From contig MU619282.1 of NCBI GenBank assembly GCA_025201805.1, positions 62,001-126,000 of the forward strand: a DNA stretch of 64,000 nucleotides, read 5' to 3'. Shown one piece after another: positions 22,902-37,053 of this stretch. A model generated the notes under the pieces. The model was not told the DNA's origin and did not search any database. It saw nothing but the letters and a program-made list of their open reading frames with translations. Within the stretch, counting starts at the first letter, position 1. Every line of letters begins with the position of its first letter. A program made the translations under genes and the position numbers. This stretch comes from Parasitella parasitica NRRL 2501 (taxonomy: Eukaryota; Fungi; Mucoromycota).

Positions 22902-24888
22902 ATGGCCAAGATATTAATTGGTTTATTAGCACTCTGTGGTCTTGGTCAAGCCATGTATTTGCCTGGCGTTGCGCCTAATGATTACGACCAAGGGAGCGAC
23001 GTGCCTTTGTTCGTCAACTCGTTAACGCCCATGTCCAACCAGCAAAAGTCGGTTTTGTCGTATGATTACTATGACGAACGCTTCCACTTTTGCGCACCTG
23101 AAGGCGGTGCCAAAAAGCAAGCTGAAAGCTTGGGCTCTGTTCTTTTTGGCGACCGCATTTTCACATCTGCTTTCAAGGCAAGTACAAAGACGCATACACC
23201 AGCAAATAGATTATTCACAGTTAACCTCATGATAAGCAGCTTTCTCTTGGAAATAACGAAAAGGACAAACTACTGTGTACTTCTGCTCCCATCCCCAAAC
23301 AGGATGCTGATTTCATCAACGAATGCATCAAAAATGACTATGCTTTGAACTGGGTTGTTGATGGTCTTCCAGCTGCTCATCTCAGCAACGATGAACGCAC
23401 AAATGAAGAGTATTATAGCATTGGCTTTGCTCTCGGCAACAATAGAGGCGCTGTGGCTGAACTGAACAACCACTACGATATCACTGTCGATTATCATCAC
23501 CGCGAAGATGGAAAGTACCGTGTTGTTGGCGTTTTGGTCTCTCCTGTAAGTAGAGCTCAAAAAGTAAATGAAAAGGGTGTGCCTGTCCCAAGTGGAGGCG
23601 CAATGGTTTTACAGGGCAACGACCAGGTTGTTTACTCGTACAGCGTTAATTGGCAGGTAGGTTTGGTTAAAAAAAAAAGGGGGGGGGGGAAGACGAGGAG
23701 GTAGAAGGCCAACTGATAGACTTCATATAGCCTTCTAATATGCCTTGGGCCACTCGCTGGGATAACTATTTGCACGTTTTGGATCCTTCTATTCATTGGT
23801 TTTCTTTGGTGAATTCCATTGTTATTGTTCTCTTCTTGACAGGTATGGTTGCTATGATCTTGATCCGTGCTCTCCACAAGGACATTTCTCGCTACAATGC
23901 TGTTGATGCGCAAGAAGACGTTCAAGAGGATTATGGCTGGAAATTAGTGCATGGCGACGTATTCCGTCCCCCACAACGTCCTATGCTCTTGTCTGTTTTG
24001 GTAGGTAGTGGTGCTCAAATCGTTGCCATGACAGGTTTGACCTTGGTGTTTGCTGCTCTTGGATTTTTGTCGCCTTCTAATCGCGGCGCTTTGGGCACTG
24101 TTATGATTATCTTTTTCATGGTGTTCAGTTGTATTTCTGGCTTTGTTTCTGCCCGGATCTACAAGATGAATGGTGGCGAAAATTGGAAGGCAAATATTGG
24201 CCTGACTGCTGGTCTTGTTCCTGGAGCTATCATGAGTTCCTTGTTTGCCATGAACTTCTTTTTGATCCACTCTCAATCCTCTGGCGCAGTTCCCTTCGGC
24301 ACCATGTTTGCCTTGCTGGGCCTCTGGGCTTTGATTGCCTTTCCATTAAGCGTTGCTGGCTCCTACTTTGGGTTCCGTCAACCTCGAATTGAACATCCTG
24401 TGCGCACAAACCAAATTCCTCGTCAAATTCCTGATCAGCCCATGTACCTTCGTAGTTTGCCTTCTATTATGATGGGCGGCATTTTGCCCTTTGGCGCCAT
24501 CTTTATTGAATTATATTTCATCATGAATTCCATATGGTTCCACCGTGTTTACTATGGCATTGGCTTCTTGTTTTTGGTATTTATCGTTCTCATGCTGACT
24601 TGTTCTCAAGTGACAATCTTGATGTGCTACTTCCACCTTTGTAGTGAGGATTATCATTGGTCATGGCGCTCTTTCTTGACGTCTGGTGCAGCTGGTTTCT
24701 ACGTTTTCTTATACTCTATTTTATACTACTTTACAAAGCTAAACATCAGCACTTTTACTAGCACAGTTCTTTATCTTGGGTACTCTGCTGTTATCAGTAT
24801 TTTGTTGACTGTTTTCACTGGCGCTGTTGGATACCTTTCTTGCTTGTACTTTTTACAAAAAATCTTTGCTAGTATCAAAGTAGATTAA
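22902..24888 (+). CDS. nonaspanin TM9SF / Emp70 family protein, 2 introns (first is GC-AG)
   Basis: Signal peptide then YLPGVAP, ESLGSVLFGDRI, IHWFSLVNS, GWKLVHGDVFRPP, RTNQIPRQIP, C-terminal IKVD (KxD/E). Confidence 0.95.
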
Positions 24889-26181
24889 ATTTAGATACTA
24901 CTACTAAAATAATATAATGAAATGCCTATATTAGGAGAACATTATCAATAAATATAATTGTACATGATTTGATGTATTCAACGCTTCAAAGCATTCGTTT
25001 AATGGTAAGTTGAATAATATATTTGTAGTCTTACAAATTTTCTATCGGTATATCCAATTGTTTATCGCATTTTGACATTTGTTGTGAAAAATCTCGGTCA
25101 TGATACTCATGGGAAGGATCATTATCAGCAATGATGTTACATTGATAGTACACAAAAGACTTTTGTGGTCGTCGAAAACTAGTAAAGCAAGCGAGCACTT
25201 TTATCTCTCAATTTGCTTTTTAAAGCCTTGCGCTATATTCATCAGCACCTTCCTTTCACCCCCCCAAAGAAAAAAAAATCCATATAAACCAAGTAATAAT
25301 TATCTGTATTTGTTTGGGCTATCAAATCATTCAGGATGGCACCATTGGTACGGATAGATTTCGATCGTTGGCATGTTAAGAGCCTCATCTTGGCGTTTTG
25401 TCTCTTAGATCCAATACAGCAGTATTCCGTAGCAGGATTGATCATTGGCAGCAGCAGCAGCAGCAGCACGCAAAGTAGCGTCCGAGACTGTTTCGCCAGA
25501 TTCTATCGAGATATTGTCACTTTTAAACAGAGCAGTGAGCAATGATTCAATACTTGATGAGCACAAGGCTTCTGTTCCATTTGGGATTCTCTGTCAAAGT
25601 TAATTATGCTGTAAATTGCAACGTACACGGTTATTAACAATTGACGCATAAAAAATTTACTTGTACCATCCAGATAAGCTTCAGTAGCTTGTAGTGTTAC
25701 ATCAACGAAAGTCGATAACTCTATTTGGCGTCAGGGCAATTTTAAGATGGTTGCCTTTTTTTGTTTATGTTTCATTTGTGGACGAGTGAAAGCATTGTAA
25801 AGCAATGATTGTTCTGTTGGTGTTGCTGGTGTTATAGTATACTATTACCAACATTTTCTGTTCAGATACAGTGAAAACAGTGATACATGATGTCAGTAGT
25901 TCGAGCTTTTTCTGTTGCAATTTATTGAATAGATGAAGAAGAGGGGGGTATTTTCATTATGTTGGTAGTTAAAGCCAAGTTTTGTTGAGGTGGATAGAAT
26001 TTTTCTGGTGAGATGTGTATTTTACAAGCGAAAGTAGCGAAAAAAAAAAAAGAAAGAAAAAAAAAGTATGGGATGAATGTATAAAGTCAATAGAAGACCC
26101 ATTGACTCTTGCTACTTGAGATATATAATATGCAACGTGTATATGTTTTTTTGTGAGTTTGTTTGTTTGTTTGATATTGTC

Positions 26182-28097
26182 TCAGTCCTGAGTACTGAGA
26201 TGTGAAAAGGAGGCAGAAGTGGACGAAGAGGTGGATGCCTCTCCTCCGCCATTATGAGCTTGATTTTGTCGTTGCATCATGTTATGGTTTACTTGAGAGA
26301 TATTTTCTTCTACCAAATACAAGATATAATCGTCGAGAAATAAGCGCAGTGTATGAAAAGATGTAAAAGTTGGAGAGTTTTGCACTGCCAAATCTTTCAT
26401 GACCAAGGCAGTGTAGAAATTCCACTTTAACAAGAATTGCTTACATTTAGATAGATAAATGTTGGCCTCATTGATGGAAGTCTATGCAATACAGAGTTAA
26501 ACAGCGCTTTTCTATACAGCAAAGTATGCTACTTACAGGCGTGTAACTTTTGAGATACTTTTCGATAAGAGTTCCCATCCAAAACATCCAGTTCTCGATA
26601 TCAGGGGTATTATTCAACAGTTGATAAACCTCTGTGCGCACTATTTGCGAGATAAGTGATTTGTGCGTCAAATCCAAGCATGAACCTACATGTATATTTG
26701 ATTTGTTGTGTATCGCAATCACACACCCATAATGTTTGATCCATGATGCCATCTACGTCAAAGTTATTCCAGTCGTGACACATGGCGTTCACGAGATGCT
26801 GATGGTTTAGAATATTCGCTGCACTTTGAGCTGCATAATTGAGCGAGAGCTGTCTGCGGAATTTGGCTGAAAAGATACGAGCCACTATCATAGCAGAGGT
26901 CAGATACACTGATATATGAGTAGCATTGATTTATCAATGATTTACCATCGGCCTTTTTCTGGACAAGGTTGGTAGGATAATGAATCAAGGAAGACTCGAC
27001 ATAATCTTTGATTTCACGAGTGAAGAATCGCAACGAATTTACGGTTTCTTGTGAAAGCGGATGGTTGATAACGGGCAAGAACTTTGATATGAGCGTATCA
27101 TACAGGACGCAATCCCATTTCCACATAGCGTCAGTGATTTCAGGCACAGTCTGAATCAAATGAATGAACCGTTCAGGCAGTTCACGGTAGAATATTTGCA
27201 TCAGGTTTTGTATCAGCCGTGCTTGATTTGTGCAAACCAAATTGAATATATCCCGACAATGTTGTTCGTAAGTAGTAGTAAAATCTACAACAATCCCGCT
27301 AGTGATTTGGCCGTTATATCTATAGGGAGGCAGTAGAGGCACTGAAAAGTGAGGGAGCTGATTGTAATCGGCATTGAACGCAGCTTGTGCTGGAAAAGAG
27401 GGCGTTGTCGGAGCAGCGGATGAACTAGCCTCTGTAGAAGAAGAGGCGGTAGTTACTGTAGCAATGCTTCCCGAGGTGAAGCTTCTTCTGTGTGAGCAGC
27501 GTCTCTTTGTTGCAGCAGCGTTTTCTTGGATTAGTTCAGCGATTGGAATGGGCTCTGGGTCTTGGCTTGTTCGCACTCTGATACCGCAATAATGGTACTT
27601 TGATTGGCCTCTGGTGCCTAACCTTCTTGTCTTTAGGTCTGGAAATACGTTTCTCAAAAGCTTTCCAAATGTAGCAGAGTTGACAGGTGGCAGATTATTG
27701 GCAGTGCAGCTTGCTTGGTAGTGCTCATACATGCTCTTTCTTGGCACATTGTGGTTCTTTTCTCTAATGTAGTTTGTTTGGATCCTTAAAATAGATTTAT
27801 CAGTGTTTGATCAAATCAAGTCAAAATAAGAGTACCAGCTTGTCACTTGTAAGCTTGCTTCTCTGTCAGCAATCACACTCGGGTCAATAGAGTCTGGCTC
27901 ATCGGCTGATAAAGCGCGAGCATAGGGCCGATCCTTGCTGGTATCGACTGATTCTACGTGCACCTGCCTATCGTCTACATTTTTGCGTAAGGGCATTTGT
28001 CTCGACGATTCTCGTTTCGATACCAACCCTGAGCACTTTCAATATCGTCAGTCATTTTTGAGCTTGGCCTTGTTGACGTTTGATCCACAACAGCCAT
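26182..28097 (-). CDS. RFX winged-helix transcription factor (Rfx1/Sak1-like), multi-exon
   Basis: VPRKSMYEHY...NSATFGKLLRNVFPDLKTRRLGTRGQSKYHYCGIR DNA-binding domain; C-terminal FLLKWNFY..LVMKDL..SFHTLRLFLDDY dimerisation region. Confidence 0.93.
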
Positions 28098-28205
28098 GAA
28101 AAATAAATGCGAAAAGGAAAGAAAGTGATAGCAATAGCAAAGTGTAACGACAATTAAATATTTATTTCGGAGTGGTATGAATTGACAACGAAAAAAAGCT
28201 TGTAA

Positions 28206-30295
28206 TTAATCAACAGTTACGAGCGAGTCCACATAGGGGAACAATTGAAAAAAGGCCTGTGTCGAATCGCTATGAGCATTTTCAAAGAGAGTCGTTTTTG
28301 TGCACCTGTCTTACCTTTAGCAAATCTGTGCCATTCTTAACATCGTCCACACCTCCGATCTCTCTGATAGAATGCATACTCAGCTGAGGATTGCCGACAT
28401 CTAAAGGCAAAAAAAAAAAAAATCATTACTAGTAGCCCTTTTGCAAGTGCTGCATCATATTTACCAACGGTACGAATACCGAGCTTGGCACTCAACATGG
28501 GTCCGATAGTCGATCCACAAGGCGAATCATTACGCACGACAAATTCCTACGTGGACATGTCCCTTCAGTACGAGTGTGCTTTTATAATATGCATGCATTA
28601 CACAAATACCTGGATAGGGATCTCCTTTTGGCGTGCAATTTCTTTCAAAATCAAGCTAGTCGGTGCTGTTGTAGCGTAACGCTATAATCGATGACTGCTG
28701 CTTAATATTCAAAAGGCTTTTGAGGGTCGTGCTTAAGGACTTACTTGGTTAGCGTTGACTTTGATGACGGTGCCCTTATGCATTTGGGGTCTGTGATTTT
28801 CCTCATATTTATCTGTATAATTGGGATGGACAGCGTGTGCCATATCAGCGCTTACCAGCATACTCTTATGCATTGCTTGCTCAAAAGCAACCTTGGGATT
28901 CTTTGGTGGTGATTTGCTGTCAATAGAAGATGACAGGATTCTCTCCATGGTACTAGGCAAAAGATTAGAATTGGCTCCGTGAGCAGAGGTGCTTCCAATT
29001 TCCTCGTTGTCAAACAAGGAAATGAGACGAATGTTCGATTCATCAGACAGGTCTTCTCTACTGGATTCGATCAATGCTTCAAGAGAGCAATAAGACATGC
29101 CGAGGTTATCCAATCTTGCAGAAAAGATAAACTCATCATACACGCCTCCAAGAATAGCAGGTTGAGTATCGAATAAGCACAGTTCAAAATCACAAATTTG
29201 ACGAGCTATGCATGCGCAGTAAAGTGAATACAGGTTATTGGTGTACTGTTGGCCAACATACCATCTACATGCATGGTCTCTGCCAGCATATGAATCAAAG
29301 CAGGATGATGGTTTCTGGTTTGATCTGGGCCCCACGATTTCTCCTCCTTGGAAGCATTCAATGCGCTGAAATTGTTTGCAGCATCAGTATCATTCTGGGG
29401 TTCAGATGACAGACAACTTACGATTTAGCAGCAGTAGCCAACACAGGCAGCATGTGTGTTTCTTTGTTGAATTTGAAAGCGTCGTTTGCAGATCCGTCTA
29501 AATGAATAGCCAAGGTGGGTACACGCAAAACAGGTCTAGCAGAGATGAGTTGAGTCATCACAATTATGCATATAAGTACAAATATATATATATACATTTA
29601 CATATTCATATACATATACATATACATATATAATTACATACTTTTTAATGTGAACAAGCGTATGCTGATATGACCCATCTTCCTGCTGCACCATGACACG
29701 GCCGGCAATACCAAGATCGCGATCAAACCAAGTATGCCTGTATTACATGATTTTAGTAATGTATTGCATGATTGATTCATTAACCAGCTAACCAAATGCC
29801 ACCGCCGTAAAGCTGTACGCCGACTTCGATGTAGCCCGCCTGCTCCTTCTTAGAAATGGGCTTTACCTTCAAGCAAGGAGAATCCGTGTGAGCACCTACA
29901 ATAGAAAACCCGCCTTTTCCATGCTGATAATTATCGCCGATAACAAATGCAACAATCGATGACCCATTGCGAGTAAAGTAGTATTTCCCTCTTCTCTTTA
30001 AATTCCACTCATCTTTCTCGCTGATGCGCTCAAACCCTGCCTTTTCCAGACGAGTAGAAGCTTCATGGACTACATGAAAGGGCGAAGGTGATGCATTAAC
30101 GAAATCAATGAAATCTAGTGCCCGGCTTTTGTGATCAAAGCTGCCATGTTGGTTGGTTGTCGAGTATTCCATTTTATGCTCCTTGGAAACGAAAGATGTG
30201 GCTATGAGGGTTTTGGACGATGTTGTTGATATACCAGTAGATTTTCGTTTCAAGGATTGGCCAAGTGCTTTGAGTAAATTTCCACAGCCTGCCAT
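28206..30295 (-). CDS. APE4: aspartyl aminopeptidase (peptidase M18, DNPEP-like), multi-exon
   Basis: SPSPFHVV, FTRNGSSIVAF, GAHTDSPCLK, HTWFDRDL, FSARLDN, FDNEEIGS, SADMAHAVHPNY, RNDSPCGSTIGP. Confidence 0.95.
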
Positions 30296-30809
30296 GATAA
30301 ACAGAAACAGAAAAAAAAAAGGAAATAGAAAAGAAGGGGGTGTGAAACGATATGACACTACCTTACGTGATCAGCTGTTTTTATTGCCAGCCGTTGTTTG
30401 TTGGAAGATCGTTACTGACCATGTGGACACACAATATAGCAAAGGCATCATGTACCCATGCTACTCTAATAATCTTTTGTGAAAACTTGCATTGCAAGAT
30501 GTGAGATTTTCCGTACAGATGCATTTGCCATTAGCAAATGCCGTGTATTCTAACTCTACATATTCGTATCTGTTTAGTTATCTAAATCATCCATAGACGT
30601 AAGGCGGACGAAACAATGACACTGTGTGTGTTTTTAGGGTATAAAAGATGAATTAAAGCTCTAGATAGGATCTGTCAAAGATGCTGCTTGATGAACATTG
30701 CATGATCCATGACTCTTTTTTTTTTCTAGTATAAAATACGGTATACATCTGCGCCTCTTTTTTTTTTCTTTTTCTTCTTCTTCACTTTTTCATCTTGTAT
30801 GCAACCAAC

Positions 30810-33122
30810 ATGTCATTTAGCTTGGACAAACCTGTACATAAAATAATGGAAGATTATGATCTCTTGGAGGTAAAAATGATGTTTTGCTTTGTTATAAACC
30901 ATTAATAATTTTGATGTGCGATAGGTCAATGTCATTCAAAATCGAAACACATTAAACATGTCGGCTGGCATGCTATGGGTAGGTTTAATCACTATGCTGC
31001 GATTCAATCATCATTAAGCAAGCGCTCAGCGTATGAATCTGTGTGCCACTAGTAATGAAATACCATGCACATTCTTTATAGGTAAGCTGTGCCATTTGTA
31101 GTGCGGGTTGTACTTCAGTGCTAATAAATTGACATTTAGCTATGAACTATAAAATTCATGTTTACACACTCGATACAATCACTTCGCCCTTCAAGGATCC
31201 TGTTAAAATCCTAGTCAGTGAAAATGCAGCAAGGACAGGCGGAGGGGCAGAATCGGTAATACTCGCACAACAGTATGATACATCAGTATATGATCTAATC
31301 GTATAACAAAAGCCGTATATCATCAATGCAATCAAAGTAGGTAAAATGTTGGAAAAGGAGATTCTTGTTTCTGTCTCTGAGATGGGCGAAATTTGTATAT
31401 GGAAAACAGAACAGCTAGACGAACCACCATTGATACTCAAGTAAATATTTCTAGCGTTCATCAATGTTAAATCAGCATGACCAAACTATTTGATAATATA
31501 TAGCAACAACGGTATTGCGACATGGGGAATTGCTATTCATGGTGATCAAGGGTTGTTAGCGGTATCTGCCAACAATTTCAAAATTACTGTATACAATATT
31601 TCGGAAATGACAACTCGATTTGGCAAACGTTCCAACAAAAAACCCAACTATCTACAGTCAGCTGAAAAAATTGAACTAGAGGGACATGAGCACAATATCC
31701 CCAACATTGATTTTAACGAAACAGGAAGATACATTGCCAGCGTGTCTGTGGATACAACCTGTAGAATATGGGATATCGTCAGTAAACAAATGATAACACA
31801 AAAAAGATCTTCCAGCAGAGAATCTACACAACATGCATGGTGCTGGTCAACCAAATTCATTAAACCTGGAAATTTCAAGCACGTCTTTTGTGCTGACAAG
31901 GAAATCACTAAATTATACCAACAAAGACTCTATCAAGGCAGGTCGACTTCTCTAGCGAATTTAGGTTTATGCCATTCAGCTAACAATCCAGCATTTCCCA
32001 TCAATGTATCAAGAGTATTGGATTTAGAGGAAGAAGACATTGACTTTGAAATTTATGAGGATGAAGGGGAGGGGGAACTGGACGATGATATCTGGGATGA
32101 TCGATTGTTGGAGGAGGAAGATAATTTTATGGAAGAAGTGTACGAAAGACAGCGCATGGAGGACGAGCATGAATACAATTTTGGGAATGGAAACGATCAA
32201 GGCGAAGTGTCCGAGACCTTGCAGTCTACTTTCCAAGAAAACGTTGATGAAGCTAGCGACGAGGCTGATCAAGAGGATGAACAGCTAATGTTGTCCTTGA
32301 GATCTGCTACTGCAGAACACAACAGAATAGAAGCAGGGTGGACAGCCACCATCACACAGTCAACGGATGTTAATCATGATGGATGGGGGGATCCTCTACT
32401 TTCTGCTGAACAGCACGTCCCTTCTACAATAACCGGCATAAACGAAACTATGCAAATGGACGACACAGCTTTTAGTGACAATAATAGCCCATCCTACTGT
32501 ATACCAAATATCATCAGAATCACTAGCAACAGTAGTATGTCTCAGCTCAATGTCACTCCTACAATTACCAGTGAAGAGCCAAAATACAAGAACCTTGGAG
32601 AATACATCATGATCACGACTGGCAAGGATGTTATTCTTGCAAGTACAACGTTACCACGCATGAATAAAATTCGTTCAGAGCATGATATGATCAACAAGGT
32701 GGATATTAGATCAGACCAGTTATTGAGCTTTTTGGATCGAATCAATATGGTAGAATGGTTACCCGAACTGGAATTGTTTGTAGTTGCTAGTCAAAAAGGA
32801 ACAGTTGCTTTGATGAGATTACTGCAAGTAGAGTTTGAAGATGGTCATCAAGAATGTCTATTTAACAATGAGCACTATCTGCCAATCAATGTTCTTCAAT
32901 CAACACCTCTCTATGGCAAGTTTCATCTCCCTTTTTTTTTTTTGTAAATGTTTCACTAATTCTATGTTATCAATAGGTATGACAGTAAAAAAAGTTGATA
33001 CAGAGAGATTTGCTCCTGTCTCGTACCAAATTTTTCTTTTTTATTACAGTGGGAATGTTTTGGGCTATAATGTGTCTAGAAAGGATTCAATTGACACTAT
33101 CGTCAATGGCCTATTCTTTTGA
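30810..33122 (+). CDS. Crt10-like WD40 protein with acidic insert, multi-exon (last intron GC-AG)
   Basis: INAIKVG, TWGIAIH..LLAVSANNFKITV, GHEHNIPNIDF, DRINMVEWLPELELFVVASQKG. Confidence 0.75.
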
Positions 33123-33881
33123 ATAAACACATTTTTGATTTCTCTTCCAATCGATTTCAAGCTGATCGATACTGATGAAACTGCTATAAATGGTATTTGT
33201 TGAAGTTGAAGAAATCTTGAAGACCATTGAACCTGCGTAGAGCATCTTGCCACATGGTGAGCAAATAAGCATCGATATTGCGGGTTAACTGTGTGGACCC
33301 ATCGAGCTTCAGGAAAAGAAATAATTAAATGCCCCCATGTATTAGACAGAGGTTCACAGTAATATACTTACCTTAATTGGGTATGTGGTATGGCAAGAAT
33401 CAAAGACTTTTACAACATTACTAAAATAAATATTTGCTACTACATTGTCAAGCTGGAAACCTAAACCAGATAACTTTTACGAATAATCAAAAGTAAGACA
33501 CCTAATTCGCATCCCCTTTATGATATCAAAGTTTCATCCCTTTTATACTAATTTCAATTTCAATGGAATTGACATGAGACTTAATCATCATTTCAAAACC
33601 GAAAACCTACAGCAATTACGTGTACGCAACTGGCTTGATTTTCATAATTTAAAACTTTTTCTTATGTCTTTTTCCAGAGAAATCATAAAAAAACCAGAAC
33701 TGTATAAAATGATATATTTTCTATTGCCATATTAGCCATTATCTAACCTTGCTTGATGTGTCAATTTCCCAAGCGGAAGTCAAATTCAAGTAAACTCAAT
33801 CCTGAGCACAATTCAGGAACATGCCCCAATAATGGATTATCTTCCTTATTTATAACTCAACATGACATATGTTCATGGACA

Positions 33882-34025
33882 ATAGATACAACCTATCGTT
33901 CCATTCTCTAAATCACACCATATCTTACACTTATATCTTATCCCCTATCAGTCCACTTAGATTCACTAGTATATAAACCATCATTTTTTTGCATGTAATA
34001 AACGAGATCTTTACTCAATTCACAA
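33882..34025 (+). mobile_element. LTR-like relic (copy 2)
   Basis: TATATAAA then AATAAA; block similarity to the reverse complement of 17575-17705. Confidence 0.35.
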
Positions 34026-34423
34026 CCGTTTTATTTGAATAATTTCTCATTCTGATAAATCCCATATATACTTGATTTAACGCCGACTGTCGAAAATATA
34101 AAAAAGCAAACAAAACTTTTGTAAACTCTATTCCTCGTTGAATTTTGTTTATTATGCTGAATTCTTGTTAAATAATTTATTAAATAATTAGGGATAATTC
34201 CCTTGGTTAAATATACTTATCTGCATATACTCTGTTATTCATCTGTCCCTGATTATCTAATAAACCCTAAATCCCTGAGACCTATGGCTTCTTGGTTTGT
34301 TTTATTTTAAACTACAAATGCCTCTTTACACGACAGGTATCTTCATCATGAACTGAGCATTATCAACTGCCTAATAAATAGTATAAACTTTTTCAAACGT
34401 CTTATACATTCCTGAAGACCATA

Positions 34424-34958
34424 TTACTGTATATCAATTCATTAGATTTATGTTTTGTTGAAAAAAAAAACTCGCTTGGAAATCTGAGATATGACGACAA
34501 TGTCTCTTTTAAAAAAAGTAAGCAAATTTGATATTTCAGAGTTGATTTACGTTGTCTCATTCTATAAAATTTAATATTATACAATTTTATAAAGCAAAAA
34601 CAATTAGCAACTATCATATATGTACTTTTTACTGTAATATGATGTACATCAAAAGAATTAAAATGAAATAATTTTTTGCAGCTAGATCAAATCCTGCATG
34701 CTACATTACGACTAATCAAGGGAACAATGGTCTTTAGTCTCAAGACTTGTTTGATTGTTTTAAAAGTAGGGTCAAATCAATCAGAATGCAACTACGTGAA
34801 TAATCATGTCATTAAAACTAGGCATTATTAACAAGGTATCATTAAAAGGGTGATATCATCCTATATCCTTGAAGTTGATGTTTCTATATACTAGGGACCA
34901 TTCTACCTAGAAAAAAAAATTATAGCACCAGAAAGGCAACAATTAATCAAATTAGGCA
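34424..34958 (+). repeat. dispersed repeat, copy 1 (~535 bp)
   Basis: Colinear high-identity reverse complement of 55772-56376, e.g. GGTCTTTAGTCTCAAGACTTGTTTGATTGTTT and AAAAGTAGGGTCAAATCAATCAGAATGCAACTACGTGAATAATCATGTCATTAAAACTAGGCATTATTAACAA. Confidence 0.9.
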
Positions 34959-35803
34959 TTTCCAACTAATCTATGCACTTAGAGCCACACCAAACTATGA
35001 ACAAGAACTTGTAACTGGCATCAAATGCATTTGCACTTAAAATGATGTGATGAAAAACGATTTTTTCATGCGGGTCTAAAATGCAATTTTAACAAGGATA
35101 TATTCTCAAAGACTCCAAAATTCACTTGAAGCTACTATGTTTGGTTTTATCAGTTTAGTATTTGTACTTTAAATGAAAAACAATTTGAAAAATGAAAATT
35201 ACTCATCATTTTGAAAACTTATTTATTTTCAACCTACATCACTCGATGCAATATTAAATATTTTACATGTTAATTTCAAAAGAGAATGTACCATTACCTG
35301 GTAAATTTTGGAGATATACTGGAAAAATCATCAAAGTTAATCTTGAACGATCTAACCTTTGAAAAAAAAAAGCAATGTTTGAATCCATTTGTGTGTGGTG
35401 AGATCCAGACGAATGTGCAAATACCCAATCCAATACGCAGTGCTCCTATTACGAGATACTTTTCAGGTTGTATCGTATTCATTTGTAAATACAGCTCTTT
35501 TATGTGTTATTTATACAAAAAATTGTGGGTATTTAATGTGTAAATATCATTTCATTTCTTTCTATATACGGAACTAGTATGAGGATTAAGGGATCATTGT
35601 ATATATGATATAGCACAATTACAATAGGTTCTACGTCTAAAATTTTGTGCTGTACATAAAAAAAATCACAGGAAAGTCTCTGTATGATTGTGTTTCATCA
35701 GGTAACACGACCTTTTGGCCCCTTCTTTCGCAACTGCTTGCATAATCATCTCCTTTTCACTGTTTCTAATAAATATTTTCACCTTTTTTCCACTTAAGCA
35801 ACC

Positions 35804-37053
35804 ATGACAAAGGTTAGTCAGATATTTTCAAAATGCAAATGCAAACTATTGATTGGATATTAGGGACCTTATGTATCGCCTTCCACCGGTGCTAGAAAGA
35901 TAGGTGGTTTAGCCAGCTCAACACGTTCACCAAACGTGAGCAACGTATTCTCTCATGTGCGAAAAGTAAATCAAACAGCCCCGTCGTTACAACAAAACCG
36001 ATTGCGTAGATATTCCTCTATAGAAGAAGGAGAATGGGACGATGAAGACATGAATAACAGATACACGCTTTACCCTGTATCTGAATTTTATAAAAAATAC
36101 GAGCTCATGACAGAATTGTAAAGTAAACATGTATTACTTTGTCGAACGAGTACTAATAACACTGAGCAGTATAAATTTAAAGAATCCAAATCACTGCCCT
36201 CTAGGACTGTACATAATGCCCTCATCAGAAAACTTTAATAGTAAGCATGTTTATGCAGTCAACCAACTTGCACATTAACTGTTTTATATGTAGTATGGTA
36301 TGGCGTTATCTTTGTAAATCAAGGATACTATAGCTCAGGAGCATTCAAATTCAGAGTAGCTATTCCGGAAGCTTATCCAGAATACCCTCCTGCTGTCACT
36401 TTTATTAGCGACATGTTTCATCCATTGATCGACAGTGGCGGCAATCTTTCGCTTTCTCAGCAGTTCCCTACCTGGAGACCATGCGAAGATTATATATTCC
36501 ACGTATTGCATTACATTAAAAATATATTCAAAAAGGCTGTGCTGGATACGTTAATAGAAAAGTATTGCCCGCAAAAAGAGCCATATCGTTTGTACCGAAC
36601 AGATACCAAAACCTTCACTAAATTAGCCAAGCAATGCGCAGAATTGTCTATCTCAGAGTCGTATATCTACGATCATTTTCCTGAAGACAATATGATTCGG
36701 TTTTCTCCCATAAGCGAAACAAAATGTGGTAAATAGATAGGAGTGACGATGAATTTATAGCAGAGAATCTTATACAATTCATATAATAGATATCTTTAGA
36801 TCTCATATCCTGAAAAATGAAAATATGAATAATACGCCTGAGGAGACAACGAGTAAACCTCAACAAGATCTGGAGAAAGCTGTTGAGGATGAGGAATTTT
36901 TAAAAAAGCTGGAAACTGATGTGATTGATGTACTTGAAAAAATAGACGTGACCAAGGTAAATACTTGCATTGACTCGGCTCAAACTGTCTTTGTATTAAA
37001 CCTATATAACCAAGGACACTGCTATTATCAATGTAGATGAAATTAAAGATTAG
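35804..37053 (+). CDS. AKTIP/FTS-type ubiquitin E2 variant (no catalytic Cys), multi-exon
   Basis: KKYELMTEF, CPLGLYIMPS, WYGVIFVNQGYY..AFKF, PPAVTFISDMFHPLIDSGGNLSL with Ser at the E2 Cys position. Confidence 0.85.
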
